A stretch of 64,000 nt of DNA from an uncultured Treponema sp. (GCA_934699065.1 CAKUWD010000002.1:811-64810); one strand, 5' to 3'. Positions 38,701-48,058 are shown, counted from the first letter of the stretch. Numbers and translations are program-made. The notes: generated by a model not told the origin, from the sequence alone.

Positions 38701-41700
38701 AATTGCAGCACAAAATGATATCTTTGTTCATCCGGCTCAATTCTATGTTGGAATGGCAAAAGCAAAAAATATCCGGGGCTTTGCTAAATCAGGAGAAAAA
38801 CTTGAAATCCCTTACATTCTTGTAAATCCTGACGGCAATTTAATGAGCGAAAGCGAAGTTCCTCAAAAAGTTTCTGAACTCGAATATTCATTAAGCCACG
38901 AAGTCTGGACAATGGTTCATGAGCAAAGTGTTGATGATACAATCTATACACGTTATGAACGTTCTGATGTTGAAGATGATAAGGGAATTGTTAAGGCTCA
39001 GGCAAACGGCAATCTTATGCTTACTCCAAAAACTGCCGGCTGGTACACTCTTACAATTTCCGGTAAAGACAGCCGCGGAAATAAGGTTCTCTGCAAGAAT
39101 GAGTTCTATGTAACTGGAAGCGGAGCAAGCTGGTTCGATCAGTACAATTCTTATTCTCTGAATCTTACCCCAGACAAATCTCAGTACAACCCTGGCGAAA
39201 CAGCACGAGTTCTTCTTGAAAGTCCTCTCCCTGCAGGCGACTATTTAATTACTCTTGAACGCGAAGGAATATTTACAGAAGAAGTTCGTCACTTTGATAA
39301 CAATGCTGAAGTTCTCGAAATTCCGATCGCAGGAAATTATGTTCCCGTTGTTTATCTTTCAGTTTCTTCATATTCCGAACGTCATGGAGCTCCAACCCAC
39401 CAATATGGCGAACCTGATCTTGATAAGCCAAAGGGTTATTATGGTGTAACTCCTATTTTCATAAATCCATATGTACGTTCATTTACAGTTGTAATTGAAT
39501 GTGATAAGCCAAGTTATAAACCTGGAGACACTGCAACCATCAAATTCAAGGCAACAAAGGGCGGCAAACCTTACGCCGGCGCAGAACTCACAGCTATGGC
39601 TGTAGACCGCGGAGTTCTTGATCTCATAAATTATCATGTTCCTAATCCTATTGATTTCTTCTACGACAAGAGTAACTTCCCTCTTCGAGTTTACGGTGGT
39701 GACTCACGCGCCCTTCTTATGGACCCGGTTACTTACAGTGTAAAAAATCTCATGGGTGGTGATGCAACTGATGAAGAAAAAGAAGAAGAGCGCAAAGACT
39801 TCCGTCCTACAGCCTTCTTTGAACCTGTTTTAATTACAGATAAAAATGGTGAAGCCACAGTTACCTTCAAAATGCCTGACAGCCTCACAACTTACCGCAT
39901 TACCGCATTTGGTGTGAAAGATGATTTGTTTGCTCTGCAGGAAGATGAAATCAAAGTTCAAAATCCTATAAATATTCAGCAGGTGCAGCCACGCCGTTTA
40001 CGTGAACGTGATACGGCTGAGTGTGGTGTTCTTATAACAAATCTCGATAAGAAGGGGCAGAAGGTTACTGTAAGTCTGGAAGTTCTTTCTCCAACAAAAG
40101 ATACTGAACAGGATAAACTGGAAGGCCGTAAGACTATTCCAGGCAAAGGTTTTGTTGATGGAGACAACACGCATACTGTTTATGTTGCTTCTGGTCAGTC
40201 TTCTGTAGTTTACTTTGATATTGCAGCTCAAAACGAAGGAACGGTAAATCTTGTTTATACTGTAAAATCCGACTTACTTAATGAGCGGCTCGTTTCTCCA
40301 ATCAGGATTGAAAAGACCTTTGTTTATGAAACCACTTCTATAACTGGAACTATATCTGATTCTGACAAAGGCAGCGAAAAAGAAAGTCTTATAATTCCTG
40401 GCTTTGCAAAAGAAGGGCGAGGTGATTTAGCATTTACTCTAGATGCAACAAGACTTGGAGTTCTTGGAAGCTCTGTAAATTATCTTTTTGATTATCCTTA
40501 TGGATGTCTTGAGCAACAGTCTTCACGCATACTACCGTTAGTTAGTTTTGACAAATATATTGATATCTTCGGACTTGATTCTAAGGTTGACAGCATCAAA
40601 GATTGTGTAAAGAGCTGGACAATAAAATGGAAGGATTATCAACATTCAGACGGTGGTTTTGGTTACTGGCCTGAATCAGTATATTCCTCTGATTTTGTAA
40701 GCATGAGAATTCTTTATGTATATGCTCTTGCAATGACAAGAGGTTATTCTTCAGAAGATATTCCGATTAATCTTTCAGCTTTGAAAAATTATATTTCATC
40801 TGCAGTAAAAAGCTATAAAACCCGCTATGAAAATTCAAATTATTATGATTATGACAAAGCCTTTGCCTGCTATATATTCAGTCTGCTCAAAGATAATTCT
40901 CTGAACTCTTTACGTGAAGAACTTTACAGTCAGGTTGATTCTCTGACTCTCGATGCCGCTGCTTATCTTTCGTTAGCATATTCTAACAGCAATTCAAACT
41001 CAGATATTGAAAAGGCAAAAATTATAAATAAAAAAATTCGTGCTTACCTTCAGCCTTCTCAGAGAAGTGTTTCTCTTTCTAAAAAAGCAAAGAGTGGATT
41101 CTGGTTCTGTTATCAGAATGAAACTGTTCAATATGCAGCAATTCTTTCTGCCTTTGTAAGTGCGGATCCGAACGATGAGATGGTAGACAGATTGATTTAT
41201 ACTCTATTGAGTAAACAGTCACAGGGCCGCTGGCAGAATACAATTACCACAAGTGCTGTGCTAGAATCAATTTATACTTACATCCAGAAGCGCAATCTTG
41301 ATTCTACAAATTATAAAGCAACAGTATCATTCAATGGTAGAGAATTAATGACAGAAAACTTCAACGGAGTTACTGCAAAACCTAAAACCTTAAAACTTCC
41401 TTTTGAAGATGAGTTTATTTCTTCTCTGCCACGAGACAAAGCAGTTCCTCTTCTCTTTGAAAAAGATGGAGACGGATATCTTTTCTACACAGTAGAAATG
41501 AAATACGCTTTACCAGATGAAAGTCAGGCTGCCAGAAACGAAGGGTTAAACATCACTTATGAGATTACTGATTTTGATACCGGCGAAATAATTAATACTT
41601 CAAAAGACACCTGTGACCTGACTTTACAGAGTGGAAAGATTTATAAGGCTAAGGTGTTTGTAGAAACTAACAGAACCCGTGAATATGTTGCTGTACGTGC

Positions 41701-41989
41701 ACCTATTCCTTCTGGAGCCGAAATCCTGGATTCAACTCTGGTTACAAACGGATCTGCAGCACAAAGTGATTATTCACACAACTGGCGAAGTCGTGTAAGT
41801 CATAAAAATATAACTGACAATGAAGTTCAATTCTTCTGGGATGAAATGCATTCGGGAAGATATTTCTTTGACTTTACTTTCCGTGCTTCCCGCCGTGGTA
41901 TTTATCCTACACCACCTGTTCAGGCTGAGTGTATGTATGAGCCGGAAGTTTTTGGTCGAAGTGACGGTTATCTTTTTGTGATAGAGTAA
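35783..41989 (+). CDS. bacterial alpha-2-macroglobulin-family lipoprotein (thioester-containing)
   Basis: 2068 aa. Lipobox LTFGSC. Thioester motif in YPYGCLEQQSSR. MG-domain-like repeats. pbpC lies directly downstream. Confidence 0.9.
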   Translation: MKKTLFISLLVFASILTFGSCKKSDSSKTNSSSANESISAAKSPGNSGKNVKYSGVSFNPNSYSEDYPEYKERNSLHLETNEKNQVNFDSVSQFFALDYTPEYPDSYFSDNSQNAKTSKKKGKTSSDKNDKNESYVPGIRKLSDYLTKYVTKKAALQEYKPSDETEKDDSSKDFYIEDWGPQEKIVAGENHPSFYVIFSRPAKSLQALDKPETTSEIMTIEPSLPGTFRWYGSRHLSFEADQPADPTIRYKISINPNIKSTSGKKLTGETVFYTQAEAIEVINLWGGYIKDSDCAFDWNTGALPPYENRFVMRTNYTTNIEAIKQNLIISINNQKTDYDIQPVYKDIFKMWSNNAEYDEATNRTNTFLVEIKGTVPHNSEIVVTDVNGKTESYSTLKPFVINHFPEMTEYSSAKYKWPLTVYFSQTPDKLSLVSNVTYDDDKSITEDNIVVNGHYVKICNLPFDYNQNHTIRFGAGLKDKFGQTFSSEQKEYSFKTPQEKAYVKFQNYGTTMLEAQFPHKMIFEHQNLSSGNYYLQKTDRPSGNGLYSFNKNEAAFYDLDVGKKNQRNFQELNLDPFLDDSFGFVRYEANVNYNAYNYWRKEYRNEQQSMNGVVQVTDLGITARMSINKAVVMVRSLSTGKPVEGAEVYIVHNLNDYQEWNNGKYNPKEIFVYGNESTYDKLYAKGRTNKNGLAVINYSEKEIEQIQNENRDSFVYVVNGNDKAAFAPSSHNSWREGVSTASLERARTPQQRTFMFVDRGIYKPGETVTFRGIDRNQLLGSFAPNTGWYSITAKGAWWDSKEIIEPITGQLSESGGFYGSFKIPDDIERGYYNLIYSRNGNQNETAIIRFTIADFERVKFESSITVPEISYFGGDKLTAGLSADYLAGGSLSGAKYEVSWYKAATTFKTNDPAAKGYSFYTGVYPDRFYYSDDEGLLGVDGTASIFCESERITDGAPYLYHVESNVTDVSNQRIAAQNDIFVHPAQFYVGMAKAKNIRGFAKSGEKLEIPYILVNPDGNLMSESEVPQKVSELEYSLSHEVWTMVHEQSVDDTIYTRYERSDVEDDKGIVKAQANGNLMLTPKTAGWYTLTISGKDSRGNKVLCKNEFYVTGSGASWFDQYNSYSLNLTPDKSQYNPGETARVLLESPLPAGDYLITLEREGIFTEEVRHFDNNAEVLEIPIAGNYVPVVYLSVSSYSERHGAPTHQYGEPDLDKPKGYYGVTPIFINPYVRSFTVVIECDKPSYKPGDTATIKFKATKGGKPYAGAELTAMAVDRGVLDLINYHVPNPIDFFYDKSNFPLRVYGGDSRALLMDPVTYSVKNLMGGDATDEEKEEERKDFRPTAFFEPVLITDKNGEATVTFKMPDSLTTYRITAFGVKDDLFALQEDEIKVQNPINIQQVQPRRLRERDTAECGVLITNLDKKGQKVTVSLEVLSPTKDTEQDKLEGRKTIPGKGFVDGDNTHTVYVASGQSSVVYFDIAAQNEGTVNLVYTVKSDLLNERLVSPIRIEKTFVYETTSITGTISDSDKGSEKESLIIPGFAKEGRGDLAFTLDATRLGVLGSSVNYLFDYPYGCLEQQSSRILPLVSFDKYIDIFGLDSKVDSIKDCVKSWTIKWKDYQHSDGGFGYWPESVYSSDFVSMRILYVYALAMTRGYSSEDIPINLSALKNYISSAVKSYKTRYENSNYYDYDKAFACYIFSLLKDNSLNSLREELYSQVDSLTLDAAAYLSLAYSNSNSNSDIEKAKIINKKIRAYLQPSQRSVSLSKKAKSGFWFCYQNETVQYAAILSAFVSADPNDEMVDRLIYTLLSKQSQGRWQNTITTSAVLESIYTYIQKRNLDSTNYKATVSFNGRELMTENFNGVTAKPKTLKLPFEDEFISSLPRDKAVPLLFEKDGDGYLFYTVEMKYALPDESQAARNEGLNITYEITDFDTGEIINTSKDTCDLTLQSGKIYKAKVFVETNRTREYVAVRAPIPSGAEILDSTLVTNGSAAQSDYSHNWRSRVSHKNITDNEVQFFWDEMHSGRYFFDFTFRASRRGIYPTPPVQAECMYEPEVFGRSDGYLFVIE
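40505..40516 (+). other. CLEQ thioester motif codons of the A2M gene
   Basis: TGT CTT GAG CAA, in frame with the start at 35783. Confidence 0.85.
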
Positions 41990-41993
41990 AGGT

Positions 41994-44222
41994 ATGATTT
42001 TTCGACGTCTTTGCAAGCTCCGTGCGAAGCACGGAGCGAAGCGATCCATTTATATTCTCGCAATAATTTTATGTGTCTTTTTTCTTCCACCTCTTGTACT
42101 GCGCTGCCTGCCGTTTCCGGAGCTCACGGAATTTTGTGCGCGGGAGTATAGCTGCAGGATTTACGACCGCCGCGGCGAACTGATGCAGGTTACGGCGGTT
42201 AGGAGCGGAGGAAGAAGAGAATTTACATCTGTCAAAAAAATCCCAAAATCCATAAAAAAAAGTTTCATTTTTCAAGAAGATAAACGTTTCTATTTTCATC
42301 ATGGGGTAGACTGGATTTCTATTCTTAATGCTCTTATACAAAATAAACGTGCCGGAAAGATTGTCCGCGGTGGATCCACAATTACAATGCAGCTTGCAAA
42401 AGCTATAAATCAAAATAACTCTCTGACTCTTAGCCGCAAAATAAAAGATATATTTTTTTCTTATAGGCTCGAAGCAAAACTTAGCAAAAAAAAGATTCTC
42501 GAACTTTATTTGAATTCAATTTATTTTGGTTCTAATTCTTATGGCGTAACTTCCGGAGCAAGAACTTATTATGGGTGTAATCTAAATGAACTCAAACCTG
42601 AACAGATTCAGGTGCTTTCAATAATTCCCCGTAATCCCTCTTATTATAATCCGGTTGAACACAGCGATCATTTTAAATCATTTTCCCCTGAATTAGAAAA
42701 AGCTGCCCGCCAGGCTAGATATTATCACTATCCGTATAAGCTTCCACACTTTGTTAATTATATTATGAAAGACAATTCGTCTTACGAACTTCATACAACA
42801 ATTGATCTGGAAATTTCTTCTATGGCTGAGGGCTTTTTACGAGAAGCTCTTGAACAGGCCAGAAGTTCAAGAATTACAAACGGTGCACTTCTTCTACTGA
42901 ATAACTCAGATGGTTCTGTAATTTCCTGGCTTGGTAATGGTGATTTTTTTGATAACGAAAACGGTGGCCAGATTGATGGTGTTCTCGTAAAAAATCAGCC
43001 AGGTAGTTCTATGAAACCTTTTCTCTATGCTCTTGCCCTGGAACAGAATTTAATTCAACCTTCTACGGTTCTTGCTGATGTCCCTTCAGAGTTTGGAAAT
43101 GAAAAATTATATATCCCTGAAAATTTTAATAATCGCTTTAATGGCCCGGTACGAACAAGAATTGCACTTGCGTCGAGTCTCAATGTTCCAGCTGTTTCTA
43201 CTTTAAATAAACTTGGTGTACAAAATTATCTTGATAATCTTTTCGAACTTGGTTTTGAATCTTTGCGTAATAATGACAACGGGCTTAAGGCTGACTTAGG
43301 ACTTGCTCTTGGTGCAGGCGAAGTTCCTCTTTATGAACTTGTTCCTGCTTTTAGTGTATTTGTTCGCGATGGTGTTTTCTTACCTGTAAATTACGAATTT
43401 GGTAAAAAACTAACTAACGGTCGTCAGCTATATTCTTCTGACACTACACGCCTTATTTGTTCTATTCTTTCTGATAAAGCCGCTCGATCTCTTGGCTTCG
43501 GTTATACTCAAACCTTCCAGACAGACTACCCTTCAATTTTCAAGACAGGTACTTCAAACCAATATCAAAATATAATTGCTCTTGGTGCAACAAGACATTT
43601 TACAATTGGAGTGTGGATGGGAAATTTTTCAGGTAATACCGTCATGGGAAAAACAGGCTCTTCTCTTCCTGCCTGGGTTGCAAAAAATGTTCTGGATAAA
43701 CTTGAAGGAGTAGATCACCAGAATCGTTATGAGCTTTCTTCATTCCCTGAACCTGAAGGCTGGCATAAGGAACGCATCTGTTCTCTCTCAGGCCTTAAAG
43801 CCGGATCAAACTGCCGTTCGGTAGTTTCTGAATACGTGAAAAACGGAACCGAACTGAATACTTGCAACTGGCATATTAAAATTAATAATAAAGTACAAAC
43901 TGTTTATCCGCCTGAATATCAGCAATGGCTTAGAAACCAACCAGATAAAGGACTTATTGATTATTCCAAAACATCTCTAACATTTCTAACTCCTAAAGAA
44001 AATTCTCTCTTTTTCTACAGCAGCATGAATGCAGATAATCAGGCTATTCCATTTGAAATCACAGGTGGATCAGAAAACACACTTCAGGTTTTTTATGACG
44101 AAAAAAAAATCGCCACAATCAACCGTCCATTTATATTTACACTTCCGGTAGATCGTGGCGAACATTTCTGCCGCGTTATTTGCGGTTCAGAAGAAGTTAC
44201 AATTTCATTTACTGTAAAATAA
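41994..44222 (+). CDS. pbpC: penicillin-binding protein 1C (transglycosylase + transpeptidase)
   Basis: GT51 motifs EDKRFYFHHGVD and GGSTITMQLAK. SxxK as GSSMKP. C-terminal PBP1C-type domain. Starts 4 nt after the A2M stop. Confidence 0.9.
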   Translation: MIFRRLCKLRAKHGAKRSIYILAIILCVFFLPPLVLRCLPFPELTEFCAREYSCRIYDRRGELMQVTAVRSGGRREFTSVKKIPKSIKKSFIFQEDKRFYFHHGVDWISILNALIQNKRAGKIVRGGSTITMQLAKAINQNNSLTLSRKIKDIFFSYRLEAKLSKKKILELYLNSIYFGSNSYGVTSGARTYYGCNLNELKPEQIQVLSIIPRNPSYYNPVEHSDHFKSFSPELEKAARQARYYHYPYKLPHFVNYIMKDNSSYELHTTIDLEISSMAEGFLREALEQARSSRITNGALLLLNNSDGSVISWLGNGDFFDNENGGQIDGVLVKNQPGSSMKPFLYALALEQNLIQPSTVLADVPSEFGNEKLYIPENFNNRFNGPVRTRIALASSLNVPAVSTLNKLGVQNYLDNLFELGFESLRNNDNGLKADLGLALGAGEVPLYELVPAFSVFVRDGVFLPVNYEFGKKLTNGRQLYSSDTTRLICSILSDKAARSLGFGYTQTFQTDYPSIFKTGTSNQYQNIIALGATRHFTIGVWMGNFSGNTVMGKTGSSLPAWVAKNVLDKLEGVDHQNRYELSSFPEPEGWHKERICSLSGLKAGSNCRSVVSEYVKNGTELNTCNWHIKINNKVQTVYPPEYQQWLRNQPDKGLIDYSKTSLTFLTPKENSLFFYSSMNADNQAIPFEITGGSENTLQVFYDEKKIATINRPFIFTLPVDRGEHFCRVICGSEEVTISFTVK
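42007..42049. repeat. GTCATTGCGAG-family repeat variant inside the first codons of pbpC
   Basis: GTCTTTGCAAG-CTCCGTGCgaaGCACGGAG-CGAAGCGATCCAT. The inner stem is a perfect 9-bp pairing. Confidence 0.7.
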
Positions 44223-44239
44223 TTATCCAAGGCTATAGA

Positions 44240-44614
44240 CTAGCACTTCCATAATTTATGTAGATTACAGAATTCAAAAGCATTCAAAACCTTTTCGCCA
44301 TCAAGCAAAGCAAACTCTGCCTTTGGTTCTTCTCCCGGTTTCAAAAACTTTTTCTGAATTCCTTTATCAGTTACAAGCACAATCCATTCAATATAATGTT
44401 CTGGTAACATAGGATGAGTTACAGAGCCTACGCTTACAGTTACCTTATTTCCTTCTGCCTGAACAACAGGCACATGTTTTTCAACAGCAGCATCTGTAGT
44501 TCCAGGAATCAATTCTGACATATCTTCACCACAGCAAACTGTAGGTACCCCAGAATCCTTTACAACTACAATAATTTTTCCACAATGTTTGCAGAAATAA
44601 AACTTAACGTCCAT
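44240..44614 (-). CDS. dfx: desulfoferrodoxin (superoxide reductase, class I)
   Basis: 124 aa. N-terminal desulforedoxin-like CKHC..CC. C-terminal neelaredoxin domain ending in CNLHKLWKC. Confidence 0.9.
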   Translation of the reverse strand: MDVKFYFCKHCGKIIVVVKDSGVPTVCCGEDMSELIPGTTDAAVEKHVPVVQAEGNKVTVSVGSVTHPMLPEHYIEWIVLVTDKGIQKKFLKPGEEPKAEFALLDGEKVLNAFEFCNLHKLWKC

Positions 44615-44750
44615 TTTTGCCTCCTAATAAATCTTAATAAAAGGGTAACTAAAGATTTTGAATTTGTCAAATTTTCATGATTTTTCCAAACTATTCCCTA
44701 TTTTGCCAAAATCTTCTATAATAAAACATTAAAATTTTTAGAGGAAAAAA

Positions 44751-47069
44751 ATGCCTAAAATCGAATGTAACGAAAAACTGTTTTTTGATGCTATCGGAAA
44801 AAAATACACTTATGATGCTCTGGAAGATGTACTTCCTTGCGCTAAGGCTGAGCTGGATGAAAAGCCGGATATGAGCCAGCCTGAAAACGAGCGCGTTGTA
44901 AAAATCGAATTGAATGATACTAACCGCCCTGACCTCTGGTCTACTAACGGTGTGGCTCGTCAGATTAAGCTGCACGAAGGCGGAAAAACTGTTGACTATA
45001 TGAAGCTGATGGCTAACCACGGCAACAACGATTACGAAGGCCGTATTGTTGAGGTTGACCCTGAGCTTAAAGATATCCGCCCTTACATGGTTGCATTTAT
45101 GATTACCGGTAAGGCAATTGATGATCCTATGCTTAAGGACATCATCCAGACTCAGGAAAAGCTGGCATGGAACTTTGGCCGCAAGCGTAAGTCTATTTCT
45201 ATGGGCGTTTACCGCGTTGACCAGATTAAGTTCCCTGTTCGCTACCACGCTGTTGACCCGGACAAAACTTCGTTCGTGCCACTTCAGTGCGACGCTCCAA
45301 TGACTTGCCGCCAGATTCTTACTGACCATCCAAAGGGAAAAGATTTCGGCTGGATTCTCGCTGATATGAAAAAGTTCCCTCTTTTGAGCGATGCTAAGGA
45401 CGAAGTTCTTTCTATGGCTCCAATCATCAACTCAGCTACTCTTGGTGCTGTTCAGGTTGGCGACAAGGACCTTATGGTTGAGCTCACTGGTGATAATATC
45501 GAAAACCTGATTTTGTCTGCTAACATCGTTGCTTGTGATTTTGCTGATCAGGATTATGAAATCAAGCCTATTCTTGTAAAGCATCCTTATGATACTGGTC
45601 TTGGAAAGGATATTATGGTTCCTTACTACTTCCAGCCAACAACTAAAACAACTCTCGGCGCAATCAACAAGCTTCTCGGAAGCGACTTTGATATGCCTAA
45701 GGTTGTTGATGCTCTTACACGCATGGGAAGCACTGTTGAAGTTAAGGGTGACGAAATCACTTTGAGCCCAGCTCCTTACCGCAACGACTTCCTCCACGAA
45801 GTTGATATTATTGAAGACGTTATGATTGGCTGCAATGTTGCCGCCTTTGAGCCACGCACTCCACAGGACTTCACTGTTGGCCGTCTTCTTCCACTTACTG
45901 AGTTCAGCCGCAAGGCAAAGACTTTGATGGTTGGTCTTGGCTATCAGGAAATGATTTTCAACTATGTTGGTTCTAAGAAAGATTATATTGATAATATGCT
46001 GATTGACGGCTCTAAGGTTATCGAAATTGCTAACCCTATGAGCGAAAACTATCAGTTTATCCGCCCTGAGATTTTGTCATCTCTCTGCCGTGCCGAAGCT
46101 GGTTCTGCAAACGCTATGTACCCTCACAAGATTTTTGAAATCGGTAAGGTTGCATATCTTAAAGATGATGAAAACACTGGTACAATCACACGCCAGCACC
46201 TGGGCTTCTTGACTGCTGCAAGCAATGCTAACTTCAATACTCTGGCATCTGAAGTTTCTTCACTTGTTTACTTCCTCGACCACGAGTACAAAGTAGTTGA
46301 AAGCGAAGATCCACGCTTCATTCCTGGCCGTCAGGCTCAGCTGATTGTTGATGGACAGCCGGCAGGTGTATTCGGTGAAGTTCACCCACAAGTTCTTGAG
46401 AACTGGGGAATTACAGTTCCTTGTGTTGCCGGCGAACTCGACCTCGAAACTTTGATGGCTACAGCTGATACTAAAACTGAAGCTGAAAAGGCAAAAGACA
46501 AGAAAAATACGGTGGTTGAGCCTGTCGAAACCACCGCTGGTGGCAACCAGAAATCAGAAGCAGAAACAAACCCTGTAAAATACTTCAACGAACACATTGA
46601 GCTCCGCGTTGCAAAAATCACAAAGGTTGAAACAAACCCACAGGGCGACAAGCTTTATATCGAAACTTTGGATGACGGAACTGGCACAGAACGCATTATT
46701 CAGAGCGGCCTTCGCCCATACCTGACAGAAGATGAACTTCTCGGTCAGCACGTAATCATCGCTGCTAACCTCGCTCCAAGAAAGATGAAGGGCGTAGAAA
46801 GCCGCGGTATGCTCCTTGCCTGCGACTACACAGAAGACGGCAAAGAAAAGGTTGAACTCCTCACTGCTCCATGGGCAGCTCCAGGAACAATCATCCAGAT
46901 TGAAGGTGCCGAATACACAGGCGAAAAGCCAGCCAAAATCGACATCGACCACTTCTGCAAGATTGAATATCGCGTAAGCGGAAAGTGCTTCACAATCGCC
47001 GGCAAGAAAGCTCTCGCAGCCGGCAAGCCAGTTACAACAAACAAGGCCGATAATTGCGAAGTTTGCTAA
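44751..47069 (+). CDS. pheT: phenylalanine--tRNA ligase beta subunit, archaeal/eukaryal type, with a C-terminal EMAP/Trbp111-like tRNA-binding OB-fold
   Basis: The N-terminus (MPKIECNEKLFFDAIGKKYTYD..NRPDLWS) resembles archaeal/eukaryal beta subunits. The C-terminal domain (LRVAKITKVETNPQGDKLYIETLDDG..RKMKGVESRGMLLA) is a tRNA-binding domain. Confidence 0.9.
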   Translation: MPKIECNEKLFFDAIGKKYTYDALEDVLPCAKAELDEKPDMSQPENERVVKIELNDTNRPDLWSTNGVARQIKLHEGGKTVDYMKLMANHGNNDYEGRIVEVDPELKDIRPYMVAFMITGKAIDDPMLKDIIQTQEKLAWNFGRKRKSISMGVYRVDQIKFPVRYHAVDPDKTSFVPLQCDAPMTCRQILTDHPKGKDFGWILADMKKFPLLSDAKDEVLSMAPIINSATLGAVQVGDKDLMVELTGDNIENLILSANIVACDFADQDYEIKPILVKHPYDTGLGKDIMVPYYFQPTTKTTLGAINKLLGSDFDMPKVVDALTRMGSTVEVKGDEITLSPAPYRNDFLHEVDIIEDVMIGCNVAAFEPRTPQDFTVGRLLPLTEFSRKAKTLMVGLGYQEMIFNYVGSKKDYIDNMLIDGSKVIEIANPMSENYQFIRPEILSSLCRAEAGSANAMYPHKIFEIGKVAYLKDDENTGTITRQHLGFLTAASNANFNTLASEVSSLVYFLDHEYKVVESEDPRFIPGRQAQLIVDGQPAGVFGEVHPQVLENWGITVPCVAGELDLETLMATADTKTEAEKAKDKKNTVVEPVETTAGGNQKSEAETNPVKYFNEHIELRVAKITKVETNPQGDKLYIETLDDGTGTERIIQSGLRPYLTEDELLGQHVIIAANLAPRKMKGVESRGMLLACDYTEDGKEKVELLTAPWAAPGTIIQIEGAEYTGEKPAKIDIDHFCKIEYRVSGKCFTIAGKKALAAGKPVTTNKADNCEVC
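46511..46535. repeat. 25-nt palindromic element in frame in the pheT linker
   Basis: GGTGGTTGAGCCTGTCGAAACCACC, read as VVEPVETT. Confidence 0.85.
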
Positions 47070-47075
47070 ACCGCC

Positions 47076-47110
47076 GTCATTGCGAGACACGAAGTGTCGA
47101 AGCAATCCAT
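47076..47110. repeat. GTCATTGCGAG...GCAATCCAT repeat copy
   Basis: GTCATTGCGAGACACGAAGTGTCGAAGCAATCCAT, immediately after the pheT stop. Confidence 0.8.
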
Positions 47111-47170
47111 AAATAAAAAAAGACCGTCCGAAAATGATATGTACCCATAATTCTGGACACATATTATGAA

Positions 47171-48058
47171 TTAGGCCGAAAGAATGGATGCTTCCCTATA
47201 TTTTGTGGGAGGCATCCATTTTGTTTTAACCTGTATTCGCTTATTGTTATAATAGTCTATATATTCTGCAACTGCTACAGAAAATTCTTCAAAAGATTTA
47301 AAATCCTTTTCATGTTCATAATACAATTCATTTTTCAAACGTCCAAAGAAAGTTTCCATAATGCAATTGTCATAGCAGTTTCCTTTACGAGACATAGATT
47401 GAATAACACCATGTTTAATCAAACTTGTTCTGTAATAAATATGCTGATACTGCCATCCCTGATCCGAATGAAAAATAAGTCCATTAACTTCTTGGAATTT
47501 TTCGAATGCTTTATCCAACATTCGTTTTATCTGTTCCATGTTTGGACTCAATGACAAATCATAAGAAATTATCTCATTTGTATGCATATCAAGAATTGGA
47601 GAGAGATAGCATTTGCCCCAAGAAAAATTAAACTGTGAAACATCAGTTGTCCACTTCTGAAAAGGCGCAGTTGTACTGAAATCTCTGTTAATTAGATTCG
47701 CAGCAATTTTTCCAACTTCACCTTTGTATGAATGATACTTTTCTTTTGGTCGTTTTCCAAATAGTCCCAGAGAATGCATTATTCTTTGGACTCTCTTGTG
47801 ATTTACAGTTTTACCACGGTTTAGAAGTTCTCTGTAAACGCGACGCACACCATATCTTTCTTTGTTTTCTGCAAAAATCTTCAGTATTTCTTGTGCCAGG
47901 GCTGCATTTTTTTCAGCAATAACGTTCTTTTTGCTTATTTCAAAGTAATATGTCGATTTTGACATTTTTGCAGCTTTTAAAAGATAATTTAATCTGTATC
48001 CTTTTTCTTGGAGTTCTTTGAGGACTTTTGCTTTTTCGCCTTGAGTTGTTCGTCCCAT
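47171..48058 (-). CDS. IS3-family transposase OrfB (DDE/RNase-H-fold integrase core)
   Basis: Motifs WTTDVS, HSDQGWQY and GNCYDNCIMETFFGRLKNE are typical of IS3 OrfB. Confidence 0.85.
   Translation of the reverse strand: MGRTTQGEKAKVLKELQEKGYRLNYLLKAAKMSKSTYYFEISKKNVIAEKNAALAQEILKIFAENKERYGVRRVYRELLNRGKTVNHKRVQRIMHSLGLFGKRPKEKYHSYKGEVGKIAANLINRDFSTTAPFQKWTTDVSQFNFSWGKCYLSPILDMHTNEIISYDLSLSPNMEQIKRMLDKAFEKFQEVNGLIFHSDQGWQYQHIYYRTSLIKHGVIQSMSRKGNCYDNCIMETFFGRLKNELYYEHEKDFKSFEEFSVAVAEYIDYYNNKRIQVKTKWMPPTKYREASILSA

Noticed and set aside
44101-44109. A9 homopolymer inside pbpC (and A9 at 30284..30292 in ftsK) as phase-variation switches
   Set aside because: Both tracts are in frame in intact essential-type genes. 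Such runs are expected in an AT-rich genome. There is no evidence of variation from a single sequence.
44691-47162. Long minus-strand ORFs (44691..45329, 45432..45797, 46554..47162) opposite pheT, and similar ones opposite ftsK (31669..32460), A2M and the UPF0210 gene
   Set aside because: They are antisense shadow ORFs within well-supported genes. Their composition looks unlike real proteins.
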